This document shows, piece by piece, positions 9,006-16,912 of a stretch of 32,000 nucleotides of DNA (position 1 is the first letter of the stretch; every line of letters starts with the position of its first letter). Where the stretch lies: positions 1,950,001-1,982,000 of the forward strand of contig NC_000917.1 in NCBI RefSeq assembly GCF_000008665.1, written 5' to 3'. The notes below the pieces were generated by a model. It was not told the origin of the DNA. It worked only from the letters and a program-made list of their open reading frames with translations, and did no database searches. The position numbers were made by a program, and so were the translations under genes. This DNA comes from Archaeoglobus fulgidus DSM 4304 (GTDB lineage Archaea > Halobacteriota > Archaeoglobi > Archaeoglobales > Archaeoglobaceae).

Positions 9006-9781
9006 TCAAAAGCAGCTGAGATCTCTGTCAGCATCTCCTACGACTGTTGCTTTAACATCGTACTCTCCTCTCATTTCCCTATGGCTCTCGTTAATCCCAA
9101 CGATAACGCTTTTTCCAGCGATAACCTTTACATCGAGCTTCTTACTTCTCTTAGCATGGAGCTTTGTTCCATCAGCCGAAACAAAGCTTTCGTATTCGAA
9201 TTTCGACTCATAGCTTAATTCCTGCATCCTCCTCCATATCGTGAGGTGTGAAGGAGACTCTGTCAGTCTCTCAAGCCTCTGCCTTGATTCCCTGTAGCTC
9301 ATGGATAAAGCATAATCGATGGCTATTGCTGCTATATCTGGCTGATATAGCCTTTTCTCGTCGAATTCTATTAAGTTGTAGAGGGGGCAGAAGGTTCTGC
9401 CTATTGATTTGTCTTTGAGTCTTGTAACGGTTTTTCTAAGCAGCGTTACGATCGTTCTCTTTTCTCTGCTGTGTTTATGGTAATCGTTTTTGTCGTATCC
9501 TTTCTATGCATTGAGGAGATGAGAACGCTGTCTATCTCCTCCAGAACCTTTCCCAGAATTGAAGCTTCAATTCCTTTTAAAGCAGATGTGATTTCTTGGA
9601 TGGGAATCTTTTTATTCTGGATGTCAATTGTTAGCCATAGTGGGATTTCTATTTGCAGCTGCATGGGTGGGGTTGAATCCCTGCCCTTTTTGATTTCCAA
9701 GGAAAGATGTAACAGCACCAAAAAATTAAACTGCCGATTGGTTTGGCCGTAGTTAGCATCCCTTTTGAGTTGAGAGGTCAA
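9006..9781 (-). pseudogene. Transposase remnant, ISLre2/UPF0236-like, frameshifted and C-terminally truncated
   Basis: ORFs 9446-9781 and 9006-9302 join through an open -1 frame (9303-9503). The joined reading is ..ILGKVLEEIDSVLISSMHRK/..DYHKHSREKRTIVTLLRKTVTRLKDKSIGRTFCPLYNLIEFDEKRLYQPDIAAIAIDYALSMSYRESRQRLERLTESPSHLTIWRRMQ..FVSADGTKLHAK. The layout resembles UPF0236 transposases as I remember them. The sequence stops about 45 aa after the ADG motif. Confidence 0.5.
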
Positions 9782-9971
9782 ACGAGATTGAGCGAGTTTG
9801 GTTTCGCCCCTAACAAGGCAACGGTTTGGGGGAGAGAAACTGCCGCATCGCCATTTGGCATAACTCTCGGCAGAAAGCTACTCGTTGCAGCAGCTCAGGG
9901 GTTTTATGGAGGAGGTGGAAAAAGCTTAGTTCTGTGACAAAACTTATTAAAAATGCCATACAATTAAAGCT

Positions 9972-10190
9972 ATGAGCATCGAAGTAAAAAAACTGGACAG
10001 ACACGGAAGGATTGTCATCCCCAAGGAGTGGAGGGAGAGGCACGGGGATGAGGTTGTGGTTGTGGTTTACGAGGACAAAGTTGAGATTCTCCCGAGGAAG
10101 GGGAACGTGATGAGGTTTGCAGACAGCATCGAGGTTGAGGAGCTGAAGGACTGGGAAGAGATGAGGAGAGAGCTTTATGAGGTTCGTTGA
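9972..10190 (+). CDS. vapB: AbrB/SpoVT-type antitoxin (VapB)
   Basis: LDRHGRIVIPKEWRERHG swapped-hairpin motif. It overlaps the downstream PIN gene by 14 nt. Confidence 0.8.
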   Translation: MSIEVKKLDRHGRIVIPKEWRERHGDEVVVVVYEDKVEILPRKGNVMRFADSIEVEELKDWEEMRRELYEVR

Positions 10191-10587
10191 TTCCAACGTC
10201 CTGATTTACGCCCTGCTTAAACCAAAGAAAGAACCAGATGACAGGATTGCAGAGATGAAGGGGAAATCCGTCGAGATTCTCAGGAGGATCCAAGAGGGAG
10301 AGAAAGTTGCGACGACTGTTGTGCATCTGAGCGAGGTTGCCAACGTAATTGCGAGCAGGAGTAACGAAAAGCTGTCAGCAGAATTCGTGAAGGAATTTCT
10401 TACCCTCAGGAACGTGAAGGTTTTTGAGGTTAGTGCCGAAGACTACCTGAAAGCCTCTCTTCTCGCAGTGGAGAAGGGCGTTGACGTTAACGACGCCCTT
10501 GCTTACGTCAAGATGAGAGAGCACAAAATCGAGGAAATTTACACCTTTGACAAACACTTCGTGAAGATGGGGGTTGTGGTAGTTTGA
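10177..10587 (+). CDS. vapC: PIN-domain ribonuclease toxin (VapC)
   Basis: N-terminal MRFVDSNVLIYAL, mid-region SEVANV, C-terminal DALAYVKM....IYTFDKHF. The acidic PIN residues are in the expected places. Confidence 0.85.
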   Translation: MRFVDSNVLIYALLKPKKEPDDRIAEMKGKSVEILRRIQEGEKVATTVVHLSEVANVIASRSNEKLSAEFVKEFLTLRNVKVFEVSAEDYLKASLLAVEKGVDVNDALAYVKMREHKIEEIYTFDKHFVKMGVVVV

Positions 10588-10890
10588 ATGAGGCTGGCAG
10601 GGAATGCCTGAAAGATGATCTTTTCTGATGGTTTTGAGCACGTATTGGTCTTCTCCCCGCGATAGGGGACACAGGCATCTTTGCAGGGCTGATTCTCAGA
10701 GATGAGGCGAATCACCGCTTTAATTTCCCACCTCAATCCAGGTGAGACTGTAACAGTCCTCACTCACAGTGACGGCGACACATCAACTGACCTGTTGGAA
10801 CAACGGTCACAACATTGACTCATCTCTACGACCTTGCAGGACCAGGGCTGGGTGGCAGGTGACATGAGACTCTTACTGCAGTAAAAAGCA

Positions 10891-10974
10891 TGCGGGGGGC
10901 GGGATTCGAACCCGCGGACCCCTTCGGGACAGGGTCTTAAGCCCTGCGCCTTTTCCTGGCTCGGCAACCCCCGC
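10891..10974 (-). tRNA. tRNA-Leu (anticodon UAA)
   Basis: Reverse complement is GCGGGGGTTGCCGAGCCAGGAAAAGGCGCAGGGCTTAAGACCCTGTCCCGAAGGGGTCCGCGGGTTCGAATCCCGCCCCCCGCA. It has a 7-bp acceptor stem, anticodon loop CTTAAGA, a long variable arm and a GTTCGAATC T-loop. No CCA is encoded. A T5 run follows the 3' end. Confidence 0.92.
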
Positions 10975-11032
10975 TTGGAAAAATTTGAGAATTGCTGTTT
11001 ATGTGCTTTATGGCCGAATATTTTTTAATTCA

Positions 11033-11045
11033 GGAGTTCAACTCC
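11033..11045. promoter_or_regulatory. Palindrome GGAGTT-C-AACTCC between an AT-rich TATA-like box (11017-11030) and the ccmE start
   Basis: A 6-1-6 inverted repeat read directly from the sequence, 5 nt upstream of ATG 11051. Confidence 0.3.
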
Positions 11046-11050
11046 TAAGC

Positions 11051-11380
11051 ATGGCAGACAAAAAATTCAGCTTAATCGCACTGGTTTCTTTCACAGCATT
11101 GGCGATTATCGTTCTCTACCACAACATTTCTCCTTACTTAACACCTTCTGACCTGATTGCGCAAGGGAAAGCGGAAAACGTTCAGGTTGTTGGTAAGATT
11201 GTATCTGTCAACGGCAACACCTTCCAGCTTTCTGATGGCAAAAACACCATAACTGCTGTTTACAACGGGACGGTTCAGCGGTACGATGCCGAGGTCGTGG
11301 TTGTGGGGAACTGGGATGGAAAAGTTCTGCATGCCACGAAAGTGCTTCAAAAGTGCCATACTGAGTACAAAGGTGGTTAG
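11051..11380 (+). CDS. ccmE: CcmE-like heme chaperone, variant with CxxxY in place of HxxxY
   Basis: Start is at the internal ATG (MADKKFSLIALVSFTALAIIVLY membrane anchor). An OB-fold-like body follows, and the protein ends ..LQKCHTEYKGG. It directly abuts ccmF. Confidence 0.75.
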   Translation: MADKKFSLIALVSFTALAIIVLYHNISPYLTPSDLIAQGKAENVQVVGKIVSVNGNTFQLSDGKNTITAVYNGTVQRYDAEVVVVGNWDGKVLHATKVLQKCHTEYKGG

Positions 11381-12892
11381 TTGGAGCCAGGCTTCCTGCT
11401 GCTGGCAACTTCTTTTGTAGCTACATTTTCGGCATTTTCACTGTTTCTCGCGAAAAAAGAAAGTCTGGGTGAGTTCTCACTTTACCTTGCAACCTCCACG
11501 ACTTTTGCTGCCCTGCTGCTGCTTGTAAACTACTTTGTTACCGACACGTTTTCGATATGGTACGTTTATGCTAACTCCAATGCCGAAATGCCGCTGGCCT
11601 ACAAAATAAGCGCGGTTTGGGCCGGGAAGGAAGGCAGCCTCCTCTTGTGGGTTGTGCTCAATCTGATGGTGACCTCACTCTACATTAACTGGGGGGTTAA
11701 GGACAGAAAGAAAGCCAAGGTGGCTGCTGTAATGACTCTTTTCACGTCTTACCTCCTCCTTAACCTTTTGATTTTCTCAAATCCCTTTACGGTCTTACCT
11801 TACACACCCCCAGATGGAGCAGGACTGAATCCTCTGCTGAGAACTGTGGAGATGATACTCCACCCTCCAGTGGTATTCCTCGCCTACTCGCTTGCCGCTC
11901 TGCTGTACTCCGTAATCGTTGCAAATTCGGAAGGGGAAAGAACCATCGCGAGGCTCACGTGGTTATCCCTAACCCTCGGCATTCTTATCGGAAGTTTGTG
12001 GGCATACAAAACTCTTGGATGGGGAGGTTTCTGGGGATGGGATCCGGTGGAGAACGCTTCCCTACTTCCGTGGCTAACTCTTACAGCCTACTTCCATCTC
12101 ACTAGGGGCAGAGACTTTTTCGCTTATCTCACCTTCTCACTCGTTCTTTTTGCAACCCTAGTCACGAGAAGTGGCATTATAAGCTCAGTGCACAGTTTTG
12201 GAGGGGAGGTTAGTGATTACAGCTACGTAATTCCGATTCTGGCCTCTTTAGCTCCTTTAGTTGTCAGGGCGAGACAGTTTTCGATTTCAAGTCTCTGCAA
12301 TCAGAATTTGCCAATCCTCTTTTTGTCAGCAGTTATTGTGGTTTTTCTAGGAACGATTGCCGGCGTTTCTGTTGAGGTGAGCAGAGAATACTACTTCGTC
12401 ACGTTTCTGCCGGTCTTCGCCTTAATAGTGCTGCTGGTTGTGCTTAAAATAAAAAAAGTCTCGATGCCCGCGACGCTGCTTCACCTGGGCGTAATTTTCC
12501 TCTTTGTCGGAGCAACTTCCGTTTGGCTTTTCGAGGAAAGCAAGACCATCACTCTTGACTCAGAGGGTTACAAGCTTCTCGATTTAAGCATTAGCGAGGA
12601 TGCGGAAAAGTACACTCTCACAGCGATAGTCAAAACCCCGGATGGCGTAATAGCACCGAAAGTTTACTTTTACAAAGTTGCTGGGAACAACAGAGTTTCT
12701 TCAGTTGAGATAATTCCGACAGTATTGTGGGACAACTATTACTCAATCAAGAGCTTCGATTTGGACAACAACGTTGTAACGCTTGAGTACTACCGCGTTC
12801 CGCTGATAAACGCCGTCTGGTTGGGCTCAGCCCTAATGCTTCTTGGAGCTCTCCTCAGGTTCTCAGGTAAAGTTTTTAAATTGGGAGGCTGA
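11381..12892 (+). CDS. ccmF: CcmF-like cytochrome c heme lyase/heme-handling membrane protein
   Basis: Polytopic membrane protein with the tryptophan-rich motif WGGFWGWDPVENASLLPWL. It has a TTG start immediately after the ccmE stop. Confidence 0.8.
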   Translation: MEPGFLLLATSFVATFSAFSLFLAKKESLGEFSLYLATSTTFAALLLLVNYFVTDTFSIWYVYANSNAEMPLAYKISAVWAGKEGSLLLWVVLNLMVTSLYINWGVKDRKKAKVAAVMTLFTSYLLLNLLIFSNPFTVLPYTPPDGAGLNPLLRTVEMILHPPVVFLAYSLAALLYSVIVANSEGERTIARLTWLSLTLGILIGSLWAYKTLGWGGFWGWDPVENASLLPWLTLTAYFHLTRGRDFFAYLTFSLVLFATLVTRSGIISSVHSFGGEVSDYSYVIPILASLAPLVVRARQFSISSLCNQNLPILFLSAVIVVFLGTIAGVSVEVSREYYFVTFLPVFALIVLLVVLKIKKVSMPATLLHLGVIFLFVGATSVWLFEESKTITLDSEGYKLLDLSISEDAEKYTLTAIVKTPDGVIAPKVYFYKVAGNNRVSSVEIIPTVLWDNYYSIKSFDLDNNVVTLEYYRVPLINAVWLGSALMLLGALLRFSGKVFKLGG

Positions 12893-12901
12893 AAATGGGG
12901 C

Positions 12902-13087
12902 ATGGGTAAGACAGGCAGCGTAACGTGGGTGAAGATTAAGAAGAGGAACAGCAACGAGTACAGGCTCGTGCCTACCAAGTGGCAGGACTACAAAAAGCCA
13001 GGACCAAATCAGAAGTACACGTCCGACGGAAAGAAGAGAAGGAGAATTAGAAGGTCACAGAAGTCGATATTAGGAGTGAGGTCCTAA
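12902..13087 (+). CDS. Small, highly basic hypothetical protein (61 aa)
   Basis: GGAGG lies 12 nt upstream. About one third of residues are K/R (KKRRRIRRSQK), and codon usage matches neighbouring genes. I do not recognise a family. Confidence 0.5.
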   Translation: MGKTGSVTWVKIKKRNSNEYRLVPTKWQDYKKPGPNQKYTSDGKKRRRIRRSQKSILGVRS

Positions 13088-13626
13088 ACCTTTTTGAAAG
13101 CTGCCAAGTAGTGGTAGCTCAAATTTTCGCTTTTTACAAGTTTCATTTTGCTCAGATTTTCAAGCTCCTCAAGGCTTAACCTCTCCTCAACCGGTGGGCC
13201 GAACTCAGTTTTCTCTTTCTTCCACTCAGCAACCACCACGTAGTCGGCCCTTGAGGCCCACTCCAGATACTCCTCCGGATTGTCCATCTCGTGAAGCACG
13301 TTGGAGAAAAGCACAACGTCAACTCTGAAGTCCACCTCCGGCGGTTTCTCGGAGACGATTATTCCGATGTTGAGCAACCCCTCCTCCTCTACTCTCCTCC
13401 TGAGAACTTCCGCCATTTCCTCGCTTATCTCTACAGCGTAAACCTTCTTGAAAACCCTCGCAAGGGGAATTGTGAGGTAGCCTGTTCCTGCTCCAACGTC
13501 GAACAGAACGTTTTTCTTCGGCCTGAGGCTTTCAATGAACTCCACGACCTTCTCCGGAGGAAAAATCTTCCTCCTCCACTCCGAATCGAGAATATGAGCT
13601 TTTTTAGGGTCAAATTTGTGCTTCAT
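13084..13626 (-). CDS. Class I SAM-dependent methyltransferase
   Basis: Motif I VLFDVGAGTGYLT and post-I YAVEISEEM. Confidence 0.75.
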   Translation of the reverse strand: MKHKFDPKKAHILDSEWRRKIFPPEKVVEFIESLRPKKNVLFDVGAGTGYLTIPLARVFKKVYAVEISEEMAEVLRRRVEEEGLLNIGIIVSEKPPEVDFRVDVVLFSNVLHEMDNPEEYLEWASRADYVVVAEWKKEKTEFGPPVEERLSLEELENLSKMKLVKSENLSYHYLAAFKKV

Positions 13627-13668
13627 GCTCCGTCTCGGTTTGGCTAATAAAAATGGTTTCGGGCTTTT

Positions 13669-14574
13669 TCACGACTCCCCACATCTGTCCAGCAGGTAGG
13701 CGTAGAGCATTGGCAGAGCTATAGTTGCGTCGCAGTAAACCGTTACAGCCTTGGCGTCGGGCTTTAGCTTGCACCAGCTTTTAGCCTCTTCAAGCGTTGC
13801 CCCACTCAGCCCGCCCCACTGCGGTGAGTCTGTTGTTATCTGCACCGCGTAGTCAAATCCCTCCGCCAGAAGCATCGCCTGCAGTGTGAAGTTTTTTGGC
13901 ACGCCTCCTCCAACGACAATGACACCCATCTTCCTTTTCTGGAAGCAGAAGTCTATAATTCTGCTGACATCCCTGAAGAAGTCAATCTGAAGGTTTTTTC
14001 GGTAAATCGTCATGTGCAAGCCGGCTATTGAGTCGTGCAGGGTGGGGCAGAAGACTGGAATCTCTCTCTCCGCGGCAATTCTGAGGAACGACCTTTCATC
14101 CGGGATTCTTTTTCCTACCTCCCATAGAAACTCGTAGGTTGTGTAAATCCCATCAAGCCCTTCAATTATGCCTGAAAGAAACTCCTCGACCCTCTCAAAA
14201 GCTTCCTGCCCAACAAAAACGTCGTAAATTCTGTTAATGCTCTCCTCAGCCAGAGCTGTGTCATCGACGTAGCAGCTTCCAATCTCGTGACCGATACCGA
14301 GAGATTCGACTATTTCGTGAACGATGTTGGCTCCAGTGGTTACAAGACTGCTTATAAATCCGTTCTGCATCATCCCGGCCACGATTTTCCTCATCCCGGC
14401 GGGAATCATCGCTCCTGCCAGAGTGAGGAAAACAAACGAGTCGCTTTTAACCATCTCCTCACAGATTTTTGCAGCCTCTCCAAGTCTTCTGGCATTGAAT
14501 GCCGTGCTTCCAAACATATCGAGCAGCTCAGAAACTTTGATTCCGCGCTGTATTTCTGGACTCGTCACTCTCAT
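13669..14574 (-). CDS. dys: Deoxyhypusine synthase
   Basis: LAGAMIPAGMR, TTGANIVHE, VVGGGVPKNF and WGGLSGATLEEAKSWCK, with the lysine retained. Confidence 0.88.
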   Translation of the reverse strand: MRVTSPEIQRGIKVSELLDMFGSTAFNARRLGEAAKICEEMVKSDSFVFLTLAGAMIPAGMRKIVAGMMQNGFISSLVTTGANIVHEIVESLGIGHEIGSCYVDDTALAEESINRIYDVFVGQEAFERVEEFLSGIIEGLDGIYTTYEFLWEVGKRIPDERSFLRIAAEREIPVFCPTLHDSIAGLHMTIYRKNLQIDFFRDVSRIIDFCFQKRKMGVIVVGGGVPKNFTLQAMLLAEGFDYAVQITTDSPQWGGLSGATLEEAKSWCKLKPDAKAVTVYCDATIALPMLYAYLLDRCGES

Positions 14575-14645
14575 GACTCTGCATTGATGTGAGTGTTTAA
14601 ATCTCTTTCAAAAGGCATATATACCATCTCAAAGTCCGACCTTTT

Positions 14646-15353
14646 ATGAAGGTACTTGTAAGCCCCATGAGTGTTGCGGAAGCGATTGAGGCGATCGAGG
14701 GAGGGGCTGACATCATCGATGTGAAGAATCCTGCTGAAGGCTCGCTTGGTGCTAACTTCCCCTGGGTGATTAGGGAAATTTCGGAGCTCGCCAAGAAATA
14801 CGGTAAGGAGATAAGCGCAACAACGGGAGATATGCCGTATAAGCCCGGAACGGCGAGCCTTGCAGCGCTGGGTGCTGCAGTTGCAGGTGCGGATTACATA
14901 AAGGTCGGTCTTTACGGAGTCAAAAACGCTGAAGAAGCTTACGAGATGATGGTTGGCGTTGTGAGAGCTGTTAAGGACTTTGATTCGAGCAAAAAAGTCG
15001 TTGCTGCTGGCTACGGCGACTATTACAGAATTTCGTCAGTATCCCCCCTCGATTTGCCTGAAGCGGTTGCGAAGGCTGGAGCGGACATTGTGATGGTTGA
15101 CACCGCCATAAAGGATGGCACTTCCCTGTTCGATCACATGAAAATCGGAGATATTGAGAGTTTTGTGAAGCTGGCGAGAGATAACGGCCTGATGGTGGCT
15201 CTAGCCGGAAACATAAGCTGGAATCACATTGAGACGCTAAAAGAGCTCTCACCCGACATAATAGGAGTTAGGTCTATAGTTTGCGAGGGAGACAGAAGCT
15301 CGATGATAAAGAGGGAGCTTGTGGTAAAGCTTATGGAAGCGGTGCACGGGTAG
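14646..15353 (+). CDS. mfnB: (5-formylfuran-3-yl)methyl phosphate synthase, MfnB/MJ1099 family (methanofuran biosynthesis)
   Basis: MKVLVSPMSVAEAIEAIEGGADIIDVKNPAEGSLGA and the later IKVGL and VMVDTAIKDG are typical of the DUF556/MfnB TIM barrel. Confidence 0.75.
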   Translation: MKVLVSPMSVAEAIEAIEGGADIIDVKNPAEGSLGANFPWVIREISELAKKYGKEISATTGDMPYKPGTASLAALGAAVAGADYIKVGLYGVKNAEEAYEMMVGVVRAVKDFDSSKKVVAAGYGDYYRISSVSPLDLPEAVAKAGADIVMVDTAIKDGTSLFDHMKIGDIESFVKLARDNGLMVALAGNISWNHIETLKELSPDIIGVRSIVCEGDRSSMIKRELVVKLMEAVHG

Positions 15354-16518
15354 AGCAGAGCTTTAACAGCTCGCTCTCACCCTCCCTCGTTCCTTTTGCA
15401 ATCAGAACATCCCCACTGAAAATCCTTGTGTTGGCAGTTGGCTTTGTTATCCACTCGTTCTTTCTTTTAATCGCCACCACATGCATCCCGGTGTTGCTTT
15501 CGACCCTTGCCTCTCCAAGAGTTTTTCCGTTGAGCGGGGATTCTTCGGATACTGTAATCAATGTCAGCACCTCATCGGTCTCTCTCATTGCCTCCTTGAA
15601 TATCGCGGGAATCTCCATCTTGTCCAGCAGTACCTGAGCGATGTCCCTCGCTGCATCCGCTATAAGCTCGGAGCAGTAGGCTATTTCGACAATGGCCATT
15701 AAAGGCATAAGCTGCTCGTCGTTGAAGTGGCGACTGCACTTGAGCACGCTCTTCTCAATTTCAAACTTGGTGTTGTCGATAACCTCCTCAAGGTATACGA
15801 CTTCCAGCGCAATTTCGTCATTTCCGTAAATCAATGAGGAGTACGCGAGGTCTACCGAAAGCTCGGAGAGGTTCTTCACCTCTATAAGCAGGTCAACGGC
15901 CCTGTCGAGCTCCTCTATTTTGATGTCCGGAGGTTCGGGCGGAGGGGGTATTTGCTTCCCCGCAACTACTTCGTAAAATCTCGGTAGAGCTGCCGGGTCG
16001 CCCTTTGCAAAGAGCAAATCGCCCTTGTAAACCATCGTGTCCCTGTCGGGATTGAAAATCCAGCTGAACCCGCGCTTTATCGCAATCACCCTCATTCCCG
16101 TTCTGGTGTGGAGCCTAACTTCACCAAGAGTTTTTCCTGCAATCTCTGAATTTTCGGGAACCTCAAGCTTTACGACCGTCTCCTCGGAATGGTAGAGCAT
16201 CAGCTTGACCATCTCGTCCGAGAGTCTGATGTTTCTCAGGACAAGCGAGGAAATGTCTGCTGCTGCGCTGCTTATCTTCTGCCCCGCGTTGGCTATCTGC
16301 AGGATTGATGAAACCTTCTCCGCCTCCTCCACCCTTCTTGCAGCGAGGATTGAAACGACTCTTATCTGCTTGAGCAAATCGAGAACCCTTCCTTCCAGCT
16401 CCAGAACCTCTTCAGCAATATCCTCATTGTTGTAAAGAATTGCGGAATAGGCAAGGTCAACCATCAGCTCGGTAGTATCTTTAATTTCAACGAGCAGATC
16501 CTTTACGGTACGAGGCAT
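15331..16518 (-). CDS. Tandem PhoU-like plus TrkA-C (RCK_C) domain protein, COG3273-like
   Basis: Two repeated halves are visible. ELMVDLAYSAILYNNEDIAEEV pairs with ELSVDLAYSSLIYGNDEIALEV. GKTLGEVRLHTRTGMRVIAIKR pairs with GKTLGEARVESNTGMHVVAIKR. Confidence 0.7.
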   Translation of the reverse strand: MPRTVKDLLVEIKDTTELMVDLAYSAILYNNEDIAEEVLELEGRVLDLLKQIRVVSILAARRVEEAEKVSSILQIANAGQKISSAAADISSLVLRNIRLSDEMVKLMLYHSEETVVKLEVPENSEIAGKTLGEVRLHTRTGMRVIAIKRGFSWIFNPDRDTMVYKGDLLFAKGDPAALPRFYEVVAGKQIPPPPEPPDIKIEELDRAVDLLIEVKNLSELSVDLAYSSLIYGNDEIALEVVYLEEVIDNTKFEIEKSVLKCSRHFNDEQLMPLMAIVEIAYCSELIADAARDIAQVLLDKMEIPAIFKEAMRETDEVLTLITVSEESPLNGKTLGEARVESNTGMHVVAIKRKNEWITKPTANTRIFSGDVLIAKGTREGESELLKLCSTRAPLP

Positions 16519-16546
16519 TTCAATTTTCTCTATTTCTCATCATATA

Positions 16547-16912
16547 TTAATCTTTTTCAACCACTTCCAGCTCCACTTCCTCGCCCTTTCTGTTGTAGCA
16601 CTTCCAGCTGTTCTCGTCGTAGGGATAGCAGACTATGATGTGGTACTTGCCAAAGCGGGTGAAGAGGGACAAGTCTTCCTCCGATGGCCTGCAGCTCGGC
16701 GAGGGGTGGCTGTGAACAGTCCCGAAAACCTTCATGCCGATGGGTAGCATGTCGAGGTGAATAACTGCAGACACCGAGCCCGAAACGAAGGGAAGGAAAA
16801 TGAGCTCATCCATTACATCCTTGCTTCCGCTCAGCAGAGCTATGAACTCATCTGGGTGAGCGCTCTTCGCAGCTTCCAGAATTGTTTTGAGCAATCCTCT
16901 GGAGATCTTCAC
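16547..16912 (-). CDS. JAB1/MPN/JAMM metalloprotease (AfJAMM-like)
   Basis: JAMM motif HSHPSPSCRPSEED (HxHP-x6-S-x2-D) with an upstream Glu. The sequence matches my recollection of A. fulgidus AF2198. It has a 4-nt ATGA overlap with the upstream gene. Confidence 0.85.
   Translation of the reverse strand: MKISRGLLKTILEAAKSAHPDEFIALLSGSKDVMDELIFLPFVSGSVSAVIHLDMLPIGMKVFGTVHSHPSPSCRPSEEDLSLFTRFGKYHIIVCYPYDENSWKCYNRKGEEVELEVVEKD

Noticed and set aside
10609-10630. C/D-box sRNA (GATGAT ... CTGA) downstream of vapC
   Set aside because: The sequence does not contain a true RUGAUGA C box. No C'/D' pair or terminal stem could be found on either strand.
10764-10967. 67-aa minus-strand ORF (and 10539-10763)
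   Set aside because: It overlaps the tRNA-Leu gene body, and the translations are not protein-like.
10985-11050. TTG-initiated 22-codon extension of the ccmE ORF
   Set aside because: It covers the TATA-like box and the palindrome. ATG 11051 gives the expected short cytoplasmic tail plus membrane anchor of CcmE.
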